Counted from the first letter of the stretch, positions 48,854 through 62,136 are shown. The stretch: 64,000 bases of DNA from Lepidodermella squamata (GCA_047495785.1 JBLDXI010000001.1:1674001-1738000), one strand, 5' to 3'. Notes: generated from the letters alone by a model not told the origin. Numbers and translations: made by a program.

Positions 48854-49561
48854 TTGACATGGTTAATTGTATGCTTAAATGACGTGATGGTGTCGTAAAA
48901 TTAAACTGTTCATTCTTTGTGCGGTTTGACAGGGTGTCTCATGCGCAGAGCACTTTTATCGAAAATTCTCTTTTCCGCGGCCATTTTTTGTTAAATTAAT
49001 ACTACTATAAAAGTATTTTATATCCTTTCTCAATACCATTTCGCGGGCCAACTCTGCATTTTGAGCCCGGATTCAGAAGAAGCATCGAATTCTGAGTCGG
49101 TTAGGCATAATTGTAGGCTAGTGTTATGGTTAGGATTAGGATTAGAGTTAGGCTTAAGTAGGCTTCGGACATTTCTACATTTCTTTGTTTAGTGTGATTT
49201 GAAGGCCTAATTCTTTTATTTTATTCTATTTTTATACCTTAATGGCGGTTTTTCACCGAAGAAAGGTCAAATTCCTCGCGCGTGGAAAGGATTAGTTACA
49301 ATTTACTGGCAGTAAAGCATCACTCAAGAAGATCGAATAAAAAAAGAGCACCTCGGCGTGGGATTTTTATATTATACTCATTTAACATGAACAAAATCCA
49401 ATCCTATAACATCTGCAAAAAAGGCGAAATTGTCCTAACTCAGTGCATTTTTCATCAACTAGTCTGGCGAAAAAAAACGACTGGAAAAGGTGCGGTTTCA
49501 GTCTTGTTATCCCGAGTTTTACAGAAAGTGTAACAAAAATCTGGGGTTTTAGGTGAAAAGA

Positions 49562-51893
49562 ATGTGGTCGATTTTCGGTTTCCTAACTTTGGCCGCGGCA
49601 GTTCTGGCCGACGAAGACGCTGCCCCGGCAGTACCACCGGGACTGGTTACTACTAACTACGGCCAGTTGCAAGGGCGAGAAATAAAACTAGACGACGACA
49701 CTTCAGTCTACGAATTCACCTCAGTGCCATTCGCTAAGCCACCGGTTGGCGAGAACAGATTCCGAAAAACTGTACCAATCACACCTTGGACTGGAATCCT
49801 GGATGCAACAAAACCAACACCGCCCTGTATTCAAAGCACAGATAAAAGGTCCAATGACGTCCTTGCCCTACCGACCAAGGGTCAGGAAGATTGTCTCTAC
49901 CTTAATATTTACGTTCCTAAGACCGCGCTTGATGCCTACTCGAGTGCAGCTCCAGGTTTCTCGCCTCTCAACACCTTTGTCTGGATTCATGGCGGCAGTT
50001 TCACTGGGGGCTCAGCTAATTCCTATAATGGGACCGTCTTCGCGGCGGTTAATAACGTTATTGTCGTCCTGATTCAGTACCGTCTCGGTTCACTAGGTTT
50101 CGCCTATTTGAACTCGACCGATATGCCTGGTAACCAGGCAATGTGGGACCAGTTAGAGGCGTTGAAATTCGTCAGCGAGACAATCGGAGCTTTCGGCGGC
50201 AATTCGAGCTCGGTCACGCTGGGTGGGCAAAGTGCGGGTTCGGTTGCCGTGACCTATCATTTGCTGTCACCCTACAGCCGCAAGTACTTTCAACGCGCCA
50301 TTGTCGCATCAGGCGCCGCCTTTGCACCCTGGGCGATCCATACACCTCAAATTGCAACGCTGTCGACCCAAACTATTCTGCAGGCCATTCAAACAGCTAC
50401 AAAAGCTTGCAATACAACAAATGCGAAATCACCGGCGGCTGATAAGATCAAGTGCCTTAAAGGTGTCGATGCGTCGATTTTCCCACGATTTGACATGGCG
50501 CCGGCTTTACTGGTAAAATTTGATTGGCGATTCTCACTGATTAAAAAGCGGAGCGCTTTCCTAAATTTCTACCTCAAATTCTATTTTCGCGCTCATTTTC
50601 AAATAAATTTATGAAAATTCGATGAATTGAGTTGTTTTAAATTAGGGACTTGCCATGGCTCATACACCTGTGATTGATGGTGACTTTGTCCCCCGCGATC
50701 CTATGGATATGTTGAAAAAGGGTGACTTCTACAACTGCCCGCTTTTGATTGGCGCCACCAGCGACGAAGGTTCCTATTTCCTGCAAGTCACCCCTGAAGG
50801 AAGCACCCTGCTATCGACGACCTCCAATCCTAACAAATCTATCGACTATTTGAATACAACCCACTTCAACAAGCTGCTGGAAGGCGCGTGGAAGGTGTTC
50901 AACGGCGCCCTGTTGCCCATGCACCCAGTGACTCTTGGGGCTCTGTACGCGCATTACTGGCCTGAAAATATGACTAGAAATTCCTGGGGCCTGGACATCA
51001 CTAATGCGGCTAATGCAGCGCTGGGCGACTACGGGCTTCTATGCCCGACTTACGCCTTGGCAGAAAAGGCTGGAACTACCAATCGGAATGTAAAAAAAAA
51101 TTCCAGCATTTATTCAACATTAATTCTGAACCATTTTCAGGTCTATGCCTATTATTACACTCACAGAAGCGAAAATGTAGGTCACGCAGTTTTTATAATT
51201 TAAAAAATATTTTTTTTTAAATTTTTTTTAATTAAATAGAAAAATTTAATTTAATTAAAAAACAAATAAATAAATACAAATTTAATTTAATTAAAAATTT
51301 TTGATTTAATAACAGTCACCTCTGCCGCTATGGATGGGTGTTGCCCATAGCGATGACATGCCCATTGCCTTTGGCCGTCCAGCCGAGAAGAACTGGGGCG
51401 TGGTTAGTTCGAACTATGACGCCGATACTTCACTAAGCTACGTCCTCATGAATTACTGGGCCAATTTCATCAAGCATAGTGACCCGAATGACGACGGCGC
51501 GGGTGTCGCGGCAACTAAGGGCCTCAACTTGCTAGCGTGGCCGACTTTGACGGGTGACAGCAATTGTGACAACCGCTATTTTAACATCAATCACGACAGC
51601 TTGGTGCTGAAAGACGACGAAAGCCAGATTTGCAACATCAAGCTCAAAGATTGCTATGTAAGCAAATTTTGTATATTCCGAGTTCCGAGAAAAATCGAGT
51701 TTTTTCGTAATTTTTAGTTTTGGAATAAATTCTTCCCGACTTTGGCGCAAACGGTTCAAATCACCATGAACGCCATGAAATCAGGTAATTAATGCAGTAA
51801 ATAATTAGGTGAAATATTTAGACTCCTTAATGATTTTCAGCCGCCGAACAATCTAGCACAGCGGCGCCATCAACAACAGCCAAGCCGAATTAG
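49562..51893 (+). CDS. CCE12: secreted carboxylesterase, triad intact
   Basis: Signal peptide MWSIFGFLTLAAAVLA; GQSAG, TSDEG, GVAHSDD; extra small last exon AAEQSSTAAPSTTAKPN*. Confidence 0.92.
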
Positions 51894-52269
51894 TCATCGC
51901 CAAATTAAGCCGAAATAAATGGCCGATAAGAATATGAGATATTTTCTAATACCTATTTATTTTAATGCTGAGAATTATTCCATTTTCTAATTGGGTCAAA
52001 ATTTGAAGCAGTAATTTTTGGAATTATCTGGTTACTAATAAAATTTTAATTTTTGCTGCCGTAATTGATTACTTGTTTTTTATTACATTTCAATGAATTT
52101 GGCGCTGAAATCGAATTATCTAGAATCTCATCAAACTGAGCACCTTAATTTTACATTTTTTCCATATTTTTCCGCCGTTGACTGCTAGGCTCGTGCTCAG
52201 GGCGCGTGCAACAATTTACTCGAGCTTAAGATTACAATCTCAGCATTTTTTATGCACCTCAAATAAAAA

Positions 52270-54618
52270 ATGAACCCTTTAACCTTCATTTCGGTGATTT
52301 TCTTGGCTCATCTATTCGGCGATTCTTCCGCCCAGCAACTTTCACCTGTTATCACTACGAAATTAGGCCGAGTTCGAGGCCGGTTGGTTGAAGTTCGCGG
52401 AAATTTCCCTGTCTATGAGTTCAGCGGTATTCCATTCGCTGAGCCTCCGATCGGTCGACTTCGTTTTGCTAAACCGGTCGATAAGAAGCCTTGGACCGGG
52501 GTATTAAACGCAACTGAGGCCCCACCTCTATGTCCTCAGACTGATTTTCGTGTTCGGCTTGACATTCCGGACAGTCCTGATCTTCAAAAGGACAAACAGA
52601 TTTCTGAAGATTGCTTATTTCTCTCGATCTGGGTGCCGAAAGTAATATTGGAAGCTGCTAGTAAAAATTCGACGAATAAACAGCTGAGAATCCCAGTTTT
52701 TGTCGCTTTCCATGGCGGGAGCTTTGTCCAGGGTGGAATTGTTTCATCAATCCCTGGCGCCCATTTAGCCGGTTATTCAAACGCCATTGTAATCCACGTT
52801 CAAAGCCGCCTTGGCCTTGTCGGTTTCGCGAATTTCGGCGGTAAAGAGCTGAATTTCGGTCTTTGGGATCAAGTTACAGCCCTGAAATGGATAAACCAAA
52901 ACATAGCCGCATTCGGTGGTGATGCGACTCGGGTGACTATCAACGGCTGGAGCAGTGGCGCCACTACGGTGACCATCCACATTCTGTCACCCTATAGTAC
53001 CAAGTACTACCAACGGGCTATGGTTGAATCTGGTTCGGCTCTTGCAGTTTGGGGGTTCCGTAGTGTTAACGATTCGCGGCAGGTCGGACGAGCGGTTTTC
53101 AATGGAATATCAGCAATGGCTTGCCCTTCAGTCAGCTTCAACTCGCCGCTAGGGGCTAAACTTACCTGCCTCAGAGGCATTCCATTAGCTGGTCTAATGG
53201 CAGCTCAACGATTGGCAATCGCAACATTGGTAAAAAAAAATTGTCAATTATCTTAAGACTGGTTCTTCTACAGCTAACAAATTTTTTTCTTATTCTTTGA
53301 AATTAATCTATCAAAAATGAATTAATTAAGAGAAAATCTAACCGTGGTACAAAATTTCATCAATTTCAATAACTAACCATTTTATTCGGTTATTTGTAAC
53401 TGGTTAGAGTTAGGTTTACCTTAGGGTCAGGGTTACGTTTAATGGGTCTTGAAATTGGGGACTTTCAGGGGACAGATTGGAACTTGGGGAAACTTGGGGA
53501 AACTTGGGGGGAAGTGGGGGGAAGTGAGGAACTGATGGGAAACTTTATATTGGGGACCTGATTGGAATAATTTGGTACTGAATTCACTATCACTTAATCA
53601 ATTAATTAATTAATTAATTTTTTATTTATATTAGGGTGGAAATTTCGCATTCGCTCCAATAATCGACAACGATTTGATTCCTGGAAATCCCGTGGAGTTG
53701 CTGAAAACCGGCAAATTCAACAAGGTGCCACTGCTGATTGGCGCTAATAAGGACGACGGTGCTACAGTTGCCGCTAGTGTCCCAGAAATCGCGAAGATCC
53801 TACCCGTCCCTCGCGGCGATAATCGCGGCAAAAACGTCAATGCTCTGCGGCGCGCTCAGTTCGACACAATGACCCTTGGAGCAGCCAAGTATTTCATTCA
53901 AGTGCTCGGCGGCGATTTGCCAAGCCTGTTGAAAGAGGTGAAGGCCTTTTATTGGCCGCGAGGTTCTAATTTCAAAGGCATCGAAATCGCTCGGTTGATT
54001 TCTGATATAATTGGCGATGTTGGCTTGATTTGCCCCACCTACGACTGGGCTAAGGCTACGGCTGTGTTATCGACTGACGTGTGGGCGTATTATTGGACGT
54101 ACAGGCGGCCGAAAATTGCCTCCCCGCTGTGGATGGGTGCTAATCACGTGACTGAACAGCCGTTTTTCGTTGGAGAGCCGTTCATGGATGTCGCGGATAC
54201 CTATGGCTACACCAGGACTGACCGCCTAGTTAGCAGATCTCTAATCGTCTATGTCACAAATTTCCTTTATTTTGGGTAAAAAAGTCTTTAAATTTTAACT
54301 AAATGCCCTTGAATAACTTTCGCCAGCAATCCAAACGGCAAAACTGCGTCGAATAGGGATATTCCGTTTTCGAAATCGGGTAAAAAGCTGCCGATTTGGC
54401 CGCGCTTGTCTAATCCGAAGAACCAAGACTGCCAGCTCAATTATATGGTTCTCAACGATAACACTATTATCGATCAGCCGTCTATGGCCAGCAACGTCAC
54501 AATTTGCAACTTGAAAGAAAAAGCTTGCCAGGTTCGATTTTTTTGCTGATTTTCGGAGGTCATCATCTTCGTTATCGTGTTTTTTCTTTTTCAGTTCTGG
54601 CGCAACATTTTAGAATAA
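52270..54618 (+). CDS. CCE13: secreted carboxylesterase, GWSSG, Asp at the catalytic-acid position
   Basis: Signal peptide; HGGSF, GWSSG, NKDDG, GANHVTE; ends FWRNILE*. Confidence 0.92.
53401..53530 (+). repeat. Intronic G-rich low-complexity tract with G-quadruplex potential
   Basis: GTTAGG-like units, then (AACTTGGGGA)x2-AACTTGGGGGGAAGTGGGGGG: four runs of at least 4 G at 53486-53521. Confidence 0.6.
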
Positions 54619-55463
54619 CGTGGAACTTCGTCAATAAATTTTGCTCTATTTTCTTTAGATGAAAAATTGCTCACCCTGAAATCGATATTTTTATGTTGTA
54701 AAATACCTGTGCTATATTGAAATGAATGGAATAAAATATGCTTTTGGTCTGGATGGCAAGCTTTTTTCATAAACTAGAATTCACAAAATACACGGAAAAA
54801 GGATCAGAAAGTCTAAAATGAGAGTCGAAGTCGAATCTCATACTGGCCAGGAAAATTGGAAATACCATTTGAGAATGGTAATTAGTAATTACTGAACAAT
54901 GAGTGGCAATAATGTCAATGCGGCGAATAAAGGAGTGAGGAGCAATTTGGTCGAACCGGGAAAAATACCGAGATTCACCGAATACCAATCGGTTTCCTCG
55001 GGTTTTCTCCGGTAAATTATCTTATTGCGAAATCGAGGAATCAACGAGTTTTGCGAAAAATCTTGTAACGAAGGTCAACTGGAGGAAAAAGTAAGCACGG
55101 TTCCGATCGGGATGGGATATTGCTGGAAATCTTAGTTCGCAAAATATGTTTTCCGTAGATACTTCCAGCTTCATTGAGCCGATTCATTGAAATTGGGTCA
55201 AATTCGGTGATGACAGCGGCAAAATTTGGGGCAATTCGTTTCAAGCACGTTTTATCTAGAAATGAGAAATGATGAGAAAAATAAGCGCCAAAATTGAAAC
55301 CCGGTACGAAAAAATCCATCCATGCCCCATTATTTTTGTAATTTGAAATATGTTACCATATTTTTATTTCGCTGCGCCTGTGTCTTTGTAGGCACGCGCC
55401 AGAAATCTTGAGAAACTTACTTAGGCCGAGCAGTAATTTGTATTTTATTTTAGAAAATTGGAA

Positions 55464-57971
55464 ATGATTTCATCTTCTTTTTCTGGCCTGGTTTTCGGGT
55501 TAACTCTGCTTCTCACTGAATCGACGGCTACGTACTATGACAAACTATCACCTGTTATCTTGACAAAGACAGGGCGTCTTCGTGGTAGATTAATAGAAAT
55601 ACGGAAAAGGTCGCCGGTTTACGAGTTTAGCGGCGTCCCATTCGCCGAGCCGCCGATTGGTGAACTTCGCTTCGCAAAGGCTGTCGATAAGAAACCATGG
55701 AAAGGAGTGCTAAACGCCACTACCAAGCCTCCTCTTTGTCCTCAAACTGGCTTCCGCTGGCGGCGAGATGTCCCAGATAGTCCTGAGCTTCAAAGGAACA
55801 ACGTAATCTCAGAGGACTGTCTCCTTCTAACAATATGGGCACCGAGGCAAGCTATCATCGAAGCGAAGAATAGCCAATCGAATAAGATCCCGGTTATGGT
55901 CCATTTTCATGGCGGCGGGTTCAGCCAGGGTGGTATCGTATCGTCGATTCCAGGCAGTCATCTCGCAGCTTTCTCCAACTCGATCGTCATCCACGTCCAA
56001 AGTCGCCTGGGTTTGATGGGGTTCGCTTATTTCGGCGGCGGTGATATCAACGTCGGAATTTGGGATCAAATTACAGCCCTGAAATGGATTAATGAAAACG
56101 TGGCCGCGTTTGGTGGCGATAACAAGCGCGTCACTATAAATGGCTTGAGCAGTGGAGCTACGGCTGTAACTATCCATCTACTGTCACCATATAGTGCCAA
56201 GTACTACAAGCATGCGATGGTTGAGTCTGGAACAGCGTTGGCAACTTGGGGTTTCCGAACTATGACTGTTGCGAATTTGATTGGCAAGGCTGTTTTCACG
56301 GCGATTGCAGCTCAGGCTTGCCCGTCGCTGAGTTACGACTCGTCGCCGATTGCTGCGAAATTAGCTTGTCTCAGGGCGATCCCAATCGCAGGGCTGATGA
56401 TTGCTCAAAAATCAGCTTTCGATAGCCTTGTAAGTTAAAGAGTCTTTTGAGAAAGAAAAAGATAGACTTGGGAATAGACTAGAAAAAATAGAAAATTTAA
56501 AAAGGCGAAAATTAACCGTTCAATGAGTTTCCGTTCCAGCCAAACTTTGGAAAATTTTCAGCAATTTCATATTCCAGAACCTTTGAATACTTCAATTTTT
56601 GTTTAAATAATTTATCTAAAAATGCACCTGAATAATTTTGTAAAAATATTTTTGGTACATTCTAGCTTTGCTCCAACTGGTCATTTTTTCTTTAATTCTA
56701 CGTCTCTGGAATAAGACTATCATGGTTTCAAGATAAGTTTTTTCAAAGTGTCCTAATTTCATCCGAACTGTTTTGGGACACGTGAGGTAAGACGCCACTC
56801 TGGTCCGGTTTCAAACGAAAATTTAACCTCACTTTGCAGGAGCGCTGTGACTTTTCACCGGTGTCTGTAATTCATTTCGATTCGAAGCAACCTATTTTTA
56901 CAAAAACTTAGATCTAGAGAATATAACTTTGAATTTGAAACCATTTTTATTCAATTTTCCGAATTATTATTTTAAACTTGTAATTAATTATAGGGTGGGC
57001 CTTATGTTTTCGCGCCTATTCTTGACAACGATTTGATCCCTGGAAACCCGGCTGATCTATTGAAAGATGGAAAATTCAGCAGGGTCTCGCTGTTGATAGG
57101 AGCTAACAAGGACGAGGGCGGCAGTGCAGCGTATGAGGTACCTGAAATCGCCAAACTTCTACCGGTGCCTCTTGCTAACAACAGCGGGAAAGACATCAAT
57201 GCCCTAGGCAGGGCTGAGTTCGATTCAATGCTTCTTGGCGCTGCCAAATATTTCATTCAAGTCATCGGAGGGAATATTTTAAAACTAGTCGAAGCTTTGA
57301 AAGCTTTCTACTGGCCACCTGGAGCTAACTACAAAGGTATCGAAGTTGCTAGGGTGATTACAGACATCATCGGCGATGCTAGCCTGATATGCCCGACCTA
57401 CGACTGGGCCAAGGCAACGTCGGAATACTCCCCCGATGTTTGGACGTACTACTGGACCTACAGGCGGCCGAACATCGCTTCGCCTGAATGGATGGGGGCT
57501 GATCACGTGAGCGAGCAGGCGTTTTTCCTAGGTGAGCCGTTCATGGATGTTGCCGATGCGGATGGCTACACGAAGATGGACCGGAAAGTCAGCCGAGGTT
57601 TGATGACCTATCTAACCAATTTTCTCTACTACGGGTTCGCCTCTTCGAATTTTAAATGCTATCTATGTTGAATCTATATTAATATAGGAATCCTAATGGA
57701 TTGATAAAGGAACACAGGATTGTCCCGTCATCTAAATCGAGAAGATTTGTTCCTTTCTGGCCTCGAATGCCAGATTTCACGAATAAGCAGTGCGCTCTTA
57801 GATATTTCGCCTTGAATGACAAGACAGTGGTACAAAACGTGGGCAATACGACGCTGTGTAACCTGAAGGAGAACGCGTGCCAGGTACCGATTATTTTTTC
57901 GGTAAAATTCTTTTATTTTTTATATTTGATTTAAACAGTTTTGGCGAATCGCGCTTTCGGCTAACAATTAA
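55464..57971 (+). CDS. CCE14: secreted carboxylesterase, paralog of CCE13
   Basis: GLSSG, NKDEG, GADHVSE; same intron plan as CCE13; ends FWRIALSANN*. Confidence 0.92.
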
Positions 57972-58283
57972 TTCGACTTGAATGATGAGAAATTTCAATT
58001 ATTATTATTATTCCTAATAATATTATCGCTTACTGATTTTATTTTGATGATTTGCAATGCGCATTGTACCAGAATTAATGTTTCAGTAACTGCCATTTTC
58101 TTCGAAATAAATCGCTATTTTTCTGGTCTAATTCAACACCTTTTTACCTCCTTTTTCCCAAAGCCGGACAGATTATAATAGTAGACTCATATGTGGATTG
58201 AATACGGAATTGGGAGATGAGTCATGCAGAGCCAGACAACATTTGATTTGAAATGCAAGAATTTTGCAAGAATTCCAACCAGC

Positions 58284-61200
58284 ATGAATCTTCTCTACTA
58301 CCTAGTTGGCATCGCCTTGTTATGTCTAGCCTTGGCCGTTTCAGAAGATTCGATCACAGATGAGCCAGCTTCAACTACTTCAAGATCCGCATCGACGGTA
58401 GCCAATCGAAAGGCACTCGCGACCAAGACAAGGCCGAGAACCAGCACTAAAAAATCGTTTCGATTGATTGTTTCGAAAAAGGTTACCAAGAAACCGGGGA
58501 AATCGAATCTTAAATTAACGAGATCCACAAAATCGAAGCAAAATCGTTCAGGGAAACTTCGAACTACTACGGGAAAGCTCCGATCAACAACTCGCGGCAA
58601 GAAGGCTAAATCGAAGCTAGCCACTCAAAAGTCGCGAAAACTCTCCAATAAAAGCGACGAAAAAGATGGAATTGTCATTCAATCGCCTGCCGGTGATATT
58701 CGCGGTCAATTCGTCCCGGTTGAAGGTAAGGCAGGGGCTTACGAATTCACTGGAATACCCTATGCTGAGCCACCAATCGGTTCCCTGAGATTCCGGAAGC
58801 CTGTCGATAAGAAGCGATGGCATGGCATTTTCGATGCGAGAAAAACGCCTAAAACCTGCCCGCAAATTGTGTTCCCAAACCGTGACGATCTTGATATATC
58901 TGAAACCCGATACAAGGTATGTTGAGCCCTTTCTCGGTAATGAAAAAAACATTTATTTTCAAGGTGCCCATCTCCGAAGATTGCCTCCTTCTGTCAGTTT
59001 TCGCGCCAAAAAAAGCGATTGATGCTAGGAAGAAAAAGGAAAGCAAGTTTATGCCGGTTTTGGTCTTCTTTTTCGGCAGCGGATTCTATGAAGGCTCGAT
59101 CAGGCCTTCCCAGACGGAAATTTAAGACCAAAATCTCGGCTTAATGTTTCGGCTGTTTATTTGATACCCCCAAACTGTCCAAAAATTTTACTCGAAAATT
59201 GTGGCCAAATGGTCGAACGTTAAATTTGGGCCAATTTTTCGCCAAAAGTATTTCTGAAATTGTCATATTTCGGTGTAATCGATAGGTGAAAATTTCGGCG
59301 AAACTGCTATCCGAGTTAATAGATGGGCCAAATATATCATGCATTAGTTCCGATTCTTATATGCTGGGGTATTTACTCCATCGGCCGGCTTCGTGTTCCT
59401 CTGTTCTTTTAGTCATCTCAGATCCCATCAGCTTCTCAATTATATCGTATTTTCAATTTTAATTTGATTATAAATTTTTCATTTTAACATCACTATATAA
59501 TTGCCTGCTTGGGAATGAACGCAGGTCATGTCGAACTTGGCACTTATTTTTTCCGAAGCGCCGAAAAGATACTGTCAATATTTCCATAGGCTTTGAGGTT
59601 TATATAGGAAAAAATAACTCTCACTTTTGAGACCGAAAAAAATCAAATGAGAACTCTACTGGAGAAATTTGCCATTCCAATCTCTGCTGTGACGTGTGTG
59701 ACGCAACACAGCTTTGAGTTGCACAACAATCGCGCGGAATGAGGGCATGTCTCATTACGACTTTTTTCACTCTCATTTTAGATTGATTTGATTGCGATTC
59801 TGAATTGGGTTCTTCGCAAGAATAAGCCTGACCCTAAATTCAAGGGCAATTTCATCCGATCTTAAAATTGATAAAACGCGAAGCTTTCCCGCTAGAGCGG
59901 AGATTTTTTACTATTCCTTTCGGGGCTGAAATCGAACGGAAATTGATGGTCATGCACCCATGAATCGAATCGAAATCATTTAGTTTAACTTGGTTAATTT
60001 TATACCGTAGAAAAACAGATGAGCTATAAATTCTTGCTGCTGTGTCGCGAAAGTGAGGAAAGTAAGTCAATCCCTAATCCCTCGAAAAGAAGTGTTTCAC
60101 AGCCTTAATAAATATTGAAACGTCTGCTGCCGGCTATATGTAAGCCATATAATTCTTAATATTAAATTCCAATCAATGCCCAAAATGTCAGCGAACTGTG
60201 GAGAAATAGCTACGGTCGACAATTCGACAGTTAATTACAACGAAAATCAGTTCGCCTAAACTTACTCGCTCAAATAATCGAAAAATAGTTTTCAGCATAA
60301 GATTTCGTTAAGCTTTTTGTCCAACAGGTAAAAACTCAATTTTTGCTGAAAATCGTCAATGAAACCATGGTAGAAATTCTTAAAAGTGAAGTTGCCAAAA
60401 ATTAACGCTACATTTGAAGAATTTTATGGGGGAAATCTTACACCGAAAAATTTGGCCGAAGATTTGGTCCTAACGCCCTCTTGGCCACACGAATTTCCGT
60501 CTGGGTTACCACCCATCCCCTCTCGCAGCCTACGGCGAAATCATCATCGTAACAGCTCAATACCGAGTTGGCGTGCTTGGTTTCGCATATTTTGGCGAAA
60601 AATCAGAATTTCCAGCGAATGTCGGCCTCTGGGACCAAGTCGCTGCTTTGAAATGGGTCCACACGAACATTGCATCGTTCGGCGGTGATAAAACTTCAGT
60701 CACCCTGGGCGGGCATGGCGCAGGAGCCGCTTCGGTCGCGCTTCATTTGTTTTCACAGAACAGCCGTCAATTTTTCAATCGCGCCATTCTTCAGTCCGGA
60801 TCACCCCTATCGACATGGGCTACTAGATCACCGGATTTAGCGTTGAATAAAACTCAGAGCCTATTCACAAAATTGGCTCTTGGCCAGCAAAATTGCTCTT
60901 CATCGAGGAAAAACGCAACTCAAGATACGATGATTATCGAATGCTTGCAATCAGCTCATTTCGCGAATTTTCTCGATGCTTCTTCAAGGACTGAACAAAA
61001 TGTTAGTTTTTATTTATTTTATATTTAATTTAATTTTTTTACAAATTTAGAAACATTTTCCCGACTTCATTCCAGTGTTAGATGGCGATTTCATCCCGAA
61101 AAATTTGCATAAACTATTGAAATCCGGGCAGATAATCGACAAAATTCCGCTGTTAATCGGAATAAATCGCGACGAAGGGACAGATTTTATTAATGTCTCG

Positions 61201-62136
61201 CCGGCAATCGAGCGAATTCTACCACTAAATGGAAAAAATAATACGAATAAAAAAGATGTTAGTGACCTGGATAAACTCGACTACACCAGCATGCTGGCCG
61301 AGGGTGTCCTAACACTGTACCCTGACGAAAAGTTCTCCGATATTCCGTCCGCAGCTCAGGCGATGAAATACACGGCTGGTAAGACTATTATGGGACATTA
61401 CTTACGAGGAAAGGACGAGATTCATGGCCTGGCAGTTGCTAAAGCTGTTTCTGATGTATTTGGTGACATTGGCGTAACGTGCCCAGCGATTTGGTACGCA
61501 GAACGGGTTGCCGAAGATGATAGTAGCAATCATGTATTTGCATATTATTTCTCGCATCGGCGGAAAAATTCCAAGGCGCCGGCGTGGATGGGTGTGCCTC
61601 ATGCCGCTGAGTTGCCATTTGTCTTCGGCGAGCCTTTTTCGAAAAATTCGACTTTGTACGGCTACACAGCGGCGGATAAGCAACTCAGTCAAGCTATGAT
61701 GACGTACTGGGGCAATTTTATCAAAACCGGGTAAAATAATTGGGGAAAATTTTTAACTTTTATAGTAATTATAAGCTGATAGAAATCCGAACAAAAAAGG
61801 TCAGAAAATCGTCAGTTGGCCGGATTTTAGAGGCAAAGCCAGTGAATCATGCCGTCATCAATATCTAAATATCACCCAGGAAACGGTTGTTGGTTCGAAG
61901 CGTAGTAATGCGGTAATATGCGGCCTGAAAAATGAAGACTGCCAGGTTTGATAACTCCCGAAATGTATTTAATGATTATTATTTATTTATTTTCGCTTCA
62001 GTTTTGGAAGACTTTGCAAAACACTCAGGGGACGATTCAACTTCAGCTAAGAAAATTGGCTGATCTCGAGAAGGAGTCTAAGCAACCGGCAAGTCTCAGA
62101 AGTCGTAGCCTTATGTCAATGCTATTTAAAGGTTGA
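58284..62136 (+). pseudogene. CCE15: non-catalytic esterase-fold gene (GHGAG) with polybasic N-terminal extension, disrupted by an in-exon transposon
   Basis: Signal peptide, Lys/Arg-rich region, then esterase domain with FGSGF, GHGAG, NRDEG, GVPHAAE. Frame is intact except for the 59109-60505 insertion, which brings an in-frame TAA at 59123-59125. Confidence 0.75.
59109..60505. mobile_element. 1.4-kb non-autonomous TIR transposon with 2-bp TSD (CMC/EnSpm-like)
   Basis: 14-bp TIRs CCCAGACGGAAATT; TT duplicated at 59107-08 and 60506-07. Removal restores the frame GSIRPYHPSPLAAYGEII. Confidence 0.85.

Noticed and set aside
49100-49165. Telomeric repeat or taxonomic marker (TTAGG, TTAGGC-like)
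   Set aside because: Short, degenerate and mixed units; cannot define a telomere motif or identify the organism.
13959-61692. Many 60-125 aa antisense and alternate-frame ORFs over esterase exons
   Set aside because: Shadow ORFs of coding sequence; they recur only because the genes are paralogous.
2477-62136. Calling the array acetylcholinesterase (ace) genes
   Set aside because: No Trp84-equivalent or FGESAG consensus (only CCE4 has GESAG) and no tetramerisation tail; gene symbols withheld.
21356-62136. Calling Ser-less CCE6, CCE11 and CCE15 neuroligins or gliotactin
   Set aside because: No transmembrane segment or cytoplasmic tail; they share introns and the Cys pattern with neighbouring active paralogs.
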